This document shows positions 58,888-64,000 of a DNA stretch of 64,000 bases, piece by piece. Every line of letters begins with the position of its first letter. Within the stretch, counting starts at the first letter, position 1. This stretch comes from Planctomycetota bacterium (GTDB lineage: Bacteria > Planctomycetota > UBA8108 > SXIK01), in assembly GCA_965223845.1 (NCBI GenBank), contig CBDCXR010000004.1, forward strand, positions 2,752,001 through 2,816,000, in the 5' to 3' direction. The notes beneath the pieces are model-generated. The model saw only the letters and a program-made list of their open reading frames with translations, had not been told where the DNA came from and made no database searches. The position numbers and the translations under genes were made by a program.

Positions 58888-59112
58888 ATGGAAGTCTACT
58901 TGATCGCGTTCGCCACGTTTGCCGCCGTCATCGCCGCAATGGCGATCGGAGTCATCGTCAGCGGCCGACGCATCCGAGGGACGTGCGGCGGATTGAACGC
59001 GTGGACAGACGGTGACGGGCGGCCGATCTGCGATGCCTGCGCCGATTGTCCGGAGCAGAAGCAGAACTGCGAGCTCGAGGACGCAGCGGCGACTTCCTCC
59101 GCGCGTCGTTGA
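58888..59112 (+). CDS. nqrM: Na+-NQR maturation protein NqrM
   Basis: Single TM then MAIGVI...IRGTCGGL and a Cys-rich tail (CDACADC); canonical position after apbE. Confidence 0.88.
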   Translation: MEVYLIAFATFAAVIAAMAIGVIVSGRRIRGTCGGLNAWTDGDGRPICDACADCPEQKQNCELEDAAATSSARR

Positions 59113-59165
59113 GTGCGGTCCCCGCGCTCGGTGAACCTTCGCCAACTTCGAACGGAGATCCGCGC

Positions 59166-59558
59166 GTGACGGCCGTGTACGTTCTCCCGACTCCTTGCGC
59201 GGCGGCCGCTCGTGTCGTCGAGAGTCTTCGCGTGCCGTCGAGATTCGAGCGCGACCGAGGGCTTCTCGTCGTCGATCATCCCGAGGCGGCGGAGGTCGCG
59301 CTCGCGTGCGGTGCGCTCAGTCACGCGGCGGCACGTGAGCTGTTCGACGCTCGCCGACACCTGCTGCCGCCCCGCCGCGTCGTCGTAGCGCGGTGCGGCG
59401 TCGACTGTCCGCGCGCGCTGCGCACCTACGCCGTCGCGCCACCAGCGAGCGAATGGCTGCCCGTCGACGCTTGGATCGAGTGCTGTGCTCCCGGCCGAGA
59501 CGTACTCGCGCGAGCCCTCGCAGCGAGCGAAGCATCCGACTCGACAGATTCGCCATGA
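59166..59558 (+). CDS. Highly diverged NuoB-like (Fe-S small subunit fold) protein
   Basis: Aligns by eye along its whole length with the nuoB in this window: LPTPCAA~FGLACCA; HPEAAEVALACGALSH~[16 protein letters not shown]; PPRRVVVARC~[11 protein letters not shown]; TYAV...WLPVDAWIECCAP~GYHV...[16 protein letters not shown] follows GGAG; TTG 59109 overlapping the nqrM stop is an alternative start. Confidence 0.75.
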   Translation: MTAVYVLPTPCAAAARVVESLRVPSRFERDRGLLVVDHPEAAEVALACGALSHAAARELFDARRHLLPPRRVVVARCGVDCPRALRTYAVAPPASEWLPVDAWIECCAPGRDVLARALAASEASDSTDSP

Positions 59559-61156
59559 GCGACGCGGGAACAGTGAATGTCTCGGCTCGACCGCGGAGAC
59601 CCGCGCTCGACGAGCAACTGCGCCATCGATTCGGATCGATCGTCAATCGGCGGACCGACGGCGCGAAGGAGGGCTCTCCGTCGATCCTCACCGTCCCGCG
59701 AGAACACGTCCTCCCCGTTCTCGCGTTTCTCGCGCGAGACGCGGATCCTCGCGCGGCGACTCTCTGGGACATCACCGTCGTCGATCACGGGGCCGGGAGG
59801 GACGTTCCGCGCTTCGAGGTCCTCTACTCCGTTCGGGACGCGACGGGCGCCGCGCTCGCCGTCTCGGTGTTCATCGCCGCGGACGATCTCGCCCTCCCGT
59901 CCTGCGTCGACCTCTGGCCGAGCGCCGAGTGGCTCGAACTCGAGGCGGAGGATTTCTTCGGTCTCGAGTTCGACGGCCATCCCCACACGCACCGCCTGTT
60001 TCTCCCCGACGACTACCCGGCGTTTCCACTCCGGCGAGAGATTCCGCTCGCCGGCGTCTCGCGTGAACGCGCGCCGCTCGCCAGCCCACCGCGCGCCGGC
60101 CGAGGGCGCTTCCGGATGGATGGAGTCGGCGACGCGCCGGTCGTCGGACCGAGCATCGAGTGGACGTCGCAAGGGGAGCGCGTCGCCGAGGTCGATGTCG
60201 CCATCGGACGATCGCACCTCGGATTTGAAAAGCGCTTTGAAGGTCTCGGCGCCGAGGAGTGCGTCGAGCTCGCCCGCCACATCGATCGGCGCGCCACGGT
60301 CCACGTCGCGTGGGCCGTCGCCCTCGCCTTCGAGCAGGCATTCGATCTCGCCGTAGATACTCGGGGCGAGACGCTCCGCGTCATCGCCGGCGAGCTCGAA
60401 CGAATCGCCGCGCATCTCGCGTGCGTGCGAGAGACGTTTCTCGCGATCGGATGCGAGCGACTCGCCGGGTCGGCGACGCGGCTTCTCGCGAGTGCGGAGA
60501 CCGCGCTGGCGAGTGCAGCGATCACCGTCGAGTTCGGAAATGCACGCGAGGCCGCGGGCTCGGCGCTCACCGAGGCGCTCGGGCTAGTGTTCGCGCGTCT
60601 TCCGCGTGGCTTGACCGATTTCCGGCAGAACTTTGCGCGGGATCGTTTCGCCGCACTTCGTCTCCGCGGGATCGGCGTCACTCGCGGCGGCTCCGCGGGA
60701 ACGGGTCCCACCGCTCGCGCCGCGGGAATCGCTCGGGATGTCAGACGCGATGCCCCCTACGGAAGATACGACGCACTCGAGTTCGACGTCCCCGTCGGCA
60801 ACGGAGGCGATGCTCTCGCTAGGCTCCAACTCCGCCTCGACGAAACGGTCGAGTCTCTGCGTGTGCTCGCGCGCGAGAGAGACGAGCTCGAGCGGCTCGG
60901 CCCGAGCGACGAGCCGAAGACGGTGGCGAGTGAACCCTCGAACCGTTACGCGCACGCGAGGGTCGAGGCTCCAGACGGCGAGATCACGGCGACGCTGGTC
61001 CTCGAAAAAGACGGAACGCCGCTCCGACTCGGGCTTCGATCCGCATCGTTCCAGCACACCGCCGCGCTGCCGAACATCCTCCGCGCCGAGTCCGTCGAAG
61101 ACGTCGCAGCGATCGGTGCGAGCCTTGGGATCCATTCCGGCCTCGTCGATCGTTGA
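59555..61156 (+). CDS. Highly diverged fused NuoC-NuoD-like protein
   Basis: NuoC part: ITVVD, RFEVLY, WPSAEWLELEAEDFFGLEFDGHP, FPLRRE. NuoD part: GRSHLGFEK, ELERIAAHL, TGPTARAAG...RDVRRDAPYGRY...FDVPVG, VEAPDGE, RSASF, terminal GLVDR. ATGA overlap with the NuoB-like stop. Confidence 0.85.
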   Translation: MSDAGTVNVSARPRRPALDEQLRHRFGSIVNRRTDGAKEGSPSILTVPREHVLPVLAFLARDADPRAATLWDITVVDHGAGRDVPRFEVLYSVRDATGAALAVSVFIAADDLALPSCVDLWPSAEWLELEAEDFFGLEFDGHPHTHRLFLPDDYPAFPLRREIPLAGVSRERAPLASPPRAGRGRFRMDGVGDAPVVGPSIEWTSQGERVAEVDVAIGRSHLGFEKRFEGLGAEECVELARHIDRRATVHVAWAVALAFEQAFDLAVDTRGETLRVIAGELERIAAHLACVRETFLAIGCERLAGSATRLLASAETALASAAITVEFGNAREAAGSALTEALGLVFARLPRGLTDFRQNFARDRFAALRLRGIGVTRGGSAGTGPTARAAGIARDVRRDAPYGRYDALEFDVPVGNGGDALARLQLRLDETVESLRVLARERDELERLGPSDEPKTVASEPSNRYAHARVEAPDGEITATLVLEKDGTPLRLGLRSASFQHTAALPNILRAESVEDVAAIGASLGIHSGLVDR

Positions 61157-61350
61157 TCGGCGTCCAGGCGGGGTCGAATCGTCTCGGGTATGGACGTAAA
61201 CCCCACGCCGGGCTCGTTCGCTGAGCGCGAGGTGCGGCGCATCCCGAACGACCGTTTCCGGACGAGAAACCATCGGAGCCCTGCTTGTCAGAGCTGCCAC
61301 GAGGGTTTCCACCATTGGGCCGGAAGCCGACCTCGGCGTACGCGCCACCT

Positions 61351-61365
61351 TGGCATGGACCTTGC
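61351..61365 (+). promoter_or_regulatory. Sigma-54 (-24/-12) promoter for the pilin gene
   Basis: TGGCATGGACCTTGC = GG-N10-GC with TGGCA and TTGC cores, 36 nt before the ATG; GAGAGG RBS follows. Confidence 0.7.
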
Positions 61366-61401
61366 GGAATTCGTTCGGAGGAATCTTGAGAGGACATCCC
61401 C

Positions 61402-61896
61402 ATGAGACGACATCGACGAGAAGCCGGGTTCTCGCTCATCGAGCTCATGATCGTTCTGGCGATCATCGCGATCATTCTCGCGTTCGCGATCCCGAGCCTC
61501 ATGAGTTCTCGAAAGTCAGCGAACGAAACCGCGGCGATCGGGAACCTCCGCACGCTCCACTCGATTCAGCTCCAGTACCGCCTCCAGCACGGCCAATACG
61601 CTCGTAGCGCGCCGCAACTCGAGTCGTCGGGCCTGCTCACGATCCCCACGGGACCGATCGGAATGATCGAGGCGCAGGGTTACCGCGTCGCCATCGTCGC
61701 GCCGAACGGAACGTGGTGGGCGGTCGCGTTTCCGCTCGAGCCCGGCATTACGGGCGATCGCCGCTTCATCATCGGTGAGGCGGGCTCCGTCCGAGCGATC
61801 AGGGATCTGATCGCCGTTCCGCCTCCCGTCGTTCCGATCGTGCCTCCGGTCGCAGACGACTTCTCGCCGGATCGGACCGACTCGCGCACGTTCTAA
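61402..61896 (+). CDS. Type IV pilin / prepilin with N-terminal methylation motif
   Basis: Basic leader, then G-FSLIELMIVLAIIAIILAFAIP, ANETAAIGNLRTL, and C-terminal PGITGDRRF. Confidence 0.9.
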   Translation: MRRHRREAGFSLIELMIVLAIIAIILAFAIPSLMSSRKSANETAAIGNLRTLHSIQLQYRLQHGQYARSAPQLESSGLLTIPTGPIGMIEAQGYRVAIVAPNGTWWAVAFPLEPGITGDRRFIIGEAGSVRAIRDLIAVPPPVVPIVPPVADDFSPDRTDSRTF

Positions 61897-61998
61897 GTCG
61901 CGGCGGTCTTCGGCCCGGGTCACGGTCGACGGCCGGTCTCGGAAGAGTGTCGGATCCGGGAACCGAGGCGGCGACCGGGCGTGTCTTCCGGACGCCCG

Positions 61999-63495
61999 CT
62001 ACTCCTCCCCGAAGCAGTAGAGATGCTCCGACGTGCGCAGATAGATGCGGCCGCCTACGATCGCCGGCGTCGCGTAGGCGTCCTCGTTGAACGCGACCGA
62101 TCCGACCTCCTGCCAATCCGCTTCGGCGGTGATCACGCTGAGCTCGCCGCGTTCGCTGAGGAGGTAGACGTGGCCCCCACCGACGACCGGTGAGCTGTAG
62201 TAGTTGCCGCCCCCGGAAACTCGCCCGTGCTTCAGCACCTCGCCGCTCGCGGCGTCGAGGCACGACACGATCCCGGAGTTCTTCACCATGAAGATTCTCC
62301 CGGCGACGAGGACGGGCGACGGGACGTAGGGAAGCATGCGGTCGTGCGTCCACCGGATATGGGTTGAGGTGACGTCGCCGTCTCCGCCCGGGGAGATCGC
62401 CATGATCACGTTTTGCGCGGTCTCGAACACGTGGCGCATCCCTTCGTACTCCGTGCGAGTGATCCGCCCGTCCTTGTCGCGATCGATCTGGCGAAACCGT
62501 CGCCCGATCGCGCCCCCCGGATCGATCTCGTCGGCTTCGAGCGTCTCGCTTTTGTCCTCGTCCTTTTCGGCCACGAGATCGGTGAAACTCGGAACCGAGA
62601 TGCGATCTCCGGCGTCGGCCCCGGGCGCCCAACCAGTCACGTAGACGACTCCGTCGCGACCGACGGTCGGGGTGACGTTGACGATTCGCGAGAGTCCCCG
62701 AGCCGTCCACCGCTCGTCGCCCGAGTCGTAGTCGTAGCCGACGACGCGGAGCGTTCCCGCGAGCACGATCTCCCGCCTCCCGTTCCACTCGCGCACGATC
62801 GGCGTCGCGTAGCTTCGAGTGAACTCGGCGCGGTCCGTGTGCCAAATCTCATCGCCCGTTCTCTTGTCGATCGCCCGGAGGAACGAGTCGGTGTCATGAT
62901 CTTGCGCGACGATCACGCGGTCACCGTCGATTACCGGCGAGCTGCCCGCGCCGAAGTCGTCGTTGAAAGGCCCCATCGGGATCGTCCACTCGAGGTCACC
63001 GTCGGCCGAGTAGCACACGAGCCCCGCAGCACCGAAGAGACTCACGACGCGTTCACCGTCCGTGGCCGGACTCGGCTGAGCGTGGCTACCAATCGAGTGG
63101 ATGCGCTCCTCGCCGCGGGGTTCGAGCGCGCGCTCCCAGAGGATCTGTCCCGACGCAGCATCGAGCGCGATCGTGAGCAGGCTCTCGTCGCGCACGCCGG
63201 TCACGTAAACGCGATCTCCCCACACCACCGGTGACGAGTGTCCGGGCGGAAGCGGCGTTTTCCACACGACGTTCGTCTCGGGGCCGATCTCGACCGGAGG
63301 CGCGGCGCCTCGCCCGACGCCCGCGCAGTTGACACCGCGAAACTGCGGCCACTCGCGTGCAGAAGTCCCGCGACAGCCGGCGCCGGCGAGAAGGGCCGCG
63401 ATCGCGACACACGAAACGCTCCGGAGCACGATGGGGCTCGACCGACGCAAGTCCGTCTCAGGGTTCGCCGCCCGATGGATCACGTTCACGCTCAC
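61999..63495 (-). CDS. PQQ-binding-like beta-propeller repeat protein with EF-hand insert
   Basis: EWPQFRG, VWKTPLPPGHSSPVVWG, SPATDGERV, GSSPV, SYATP, YSSPV, ATPAI; EF-hand-like loops DEDKSETLEADE and DRDKDGRITRTE. Confidence 0.85.
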   Translation of the reverse strand: MSVNVIHRAANPETDLRRSSPIVLRSVSCVAIAALLAGAGCRGTSAREWPQFRGVNCAGVGRGAAPPVEIGPETNVVWKTPLPPGHSSPVVWGDRVYVTGVRDESLLTIALDAASGQILWERALEPRGEERIHSIGSHAQPSPATDGERVVSLFGAAGLVCYSADGDLEWTIPMGPFNDDFGAGSSPVIDGDRVIVAQDHDTDSFLRAIDKRTGDEIWHTDRAEFTRSYATPIVREWNGRREIVLAGTLRVVGYDYDSGDERWTARGLSRIVNVTPTVGRDGVVYVTGWAPGADAGDRISVPSFTDLVAEKDEDKSETLEADEIDPGGAIGRRFRQIDRDKDGRITRTEYEGMRHVFETAQNVIMAISPGGDGDVTSTHIRWTHDRMLPYVPSPVLVAGRIFMVKNSGIVSCLDAASGEVLKHGRVSGGGNYYSSPVVGGGHVYLLSERGELSVITAEADWQEVGSVAFNEDAYATPAIVGGRIYLRTSEHLYCFGEE

Positions 63496-63525
63496 TCTCC
63501 TTCGTCATATTCTTCGATCCGATCG

Positions 63526-63999
63526 TCAAGACCAGACCGCGACCTCGGGATCCGACTCGCTGTACCCGATGAACGTCGCGAGGACGACGCGCGGTAGATC
63601 GCCGTCGACTCCCGGCACCTCGTGAATCGCCCGCGTGTTGAAAAAGTAGAGGTCGCCGGGCTCGAGTTCCACGCGACAGCTCTCGATTCGGGTCGCGCGC
63701 GCGTAGCGATGGAACGTGCCGGCAGACAGATGTTCGTCGACGTCGCGATCCCAGAGACGGCGATGGATGATGCATTGCGCGGTCTCGCGCCCACGGACGG
63801 CGTTCTGGAGCACGAGGACGCCGGCAAACTGATGCTCGAATCGGTAGACCGAATACGCGTTCCGCTTTTCGCGAAGTCGCACCGAATCGAAGTGCGGCGG
63901 ATAGGCGTAGTCGCCGTAGTGAACACGGAAGATCGCCGGGCCGTAGCGCTCGCCGGTCGGCTCGCGAGCCGTCCGAACCGTCCTTCCCGGGCCGAGCTG
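63526..63999 (-). CDS. 2OG-Fe(II) oxygenase-like protein, 5'-truncated by the window edge
   Basis: Frame open to the edge: ...AIFRVHYGDYAYPPHFDSV (HxD)...LEPGDLYFFN...IHEV...PRVVLATF (distal His and 2OG-binding Arg). Confidence 0.75.
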   Translation of the reverse strand, partial: QLGPGRTVRTAREPTGERYGPAIFRVHYGDYAYPPHFDSVRLREKRNAYSVYRFEHQFAGVLVLQNAVRGRETAQCIIHRRLWDRDVDEHLSAGTFHRYARATRIESCRVELEPGDLYFFNTRAIHEVPGVDGDLPRVVLATFIGYSESDPEVAVWS

Positions 64000-64000
64000 A

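Noticed and set aside
59555-61156. Group 4 [NiFe] hydrogenase large subunit, or a pseudogene
   Set aside because: Both CxxC nickel motifs are absent and the terminus is NuoD-type (VDR). The frame is intact over 533 codons with a coupled start, so a pseudogene call is not supported by the sequence alone.
63492-63926. 144-aa minus-strand ORF
   Set aside because: The alternative frame ending at 63526 carries the HxD...H...R oxygenase motifs and is the real gene.

Overview
GC-rich bacterial chromosomal window, probably Planctomycetota. This is inferred from the planctomycete-type dockerin C-terminus, the PQQ-like beta-propeller protein, the HEAT/VWA protein, the PVC-type pilM operon and the Hanks-type kinase. 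No rRNA, tRNA, CRISPR array or mobile element was supported. Left to right: (1) a minus-strand type IV pilus-like assembly operon (pilM-pilN-like fusion, PilO/Amuc_1100-like gene, FN3-containing gene, then a lipoprotein running off the left edge) in which all four products carry poly-Asp or acidic tracts; (2) housekeeping genes (udg, mtaB, coaD, lptD-like, comEC, mtnA, purE, purC, ruvC, der, NUDIX, mnmG, aroA, a Ser/Thr kinase, fadJ/fadI, beta-carbonic anhydrase); (3) a ~24 kb respiratory supercluster. The supercluster has an 11-subunit complex I operon without nuoEFG (nuoABCDHIJKLMN), preceded by nadA and a His-bearing 4-TM protein, back-to-back with a complete Na+-NQR operon (nqrABCDEF-apbE-nqrM). 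The nqr operon continues into two intact but strongly diverged complex I Q-module paralogs: a NuoB-like ORF and a fused NuoCD-like ORF lacking the quinone-binding His/Tyr and any NiFe Cys motifs. This appended pair is the best candidate for an undescribed system. The window ends with (4) a type IV pilin with a clean sigma-54 promoter, a PQQ-like propeller/EF-hand protein and a partial 2OG-Fe(II) oxygenase. All calls are from motif recognition by eye; no searches were run, and start codons are best guesses.
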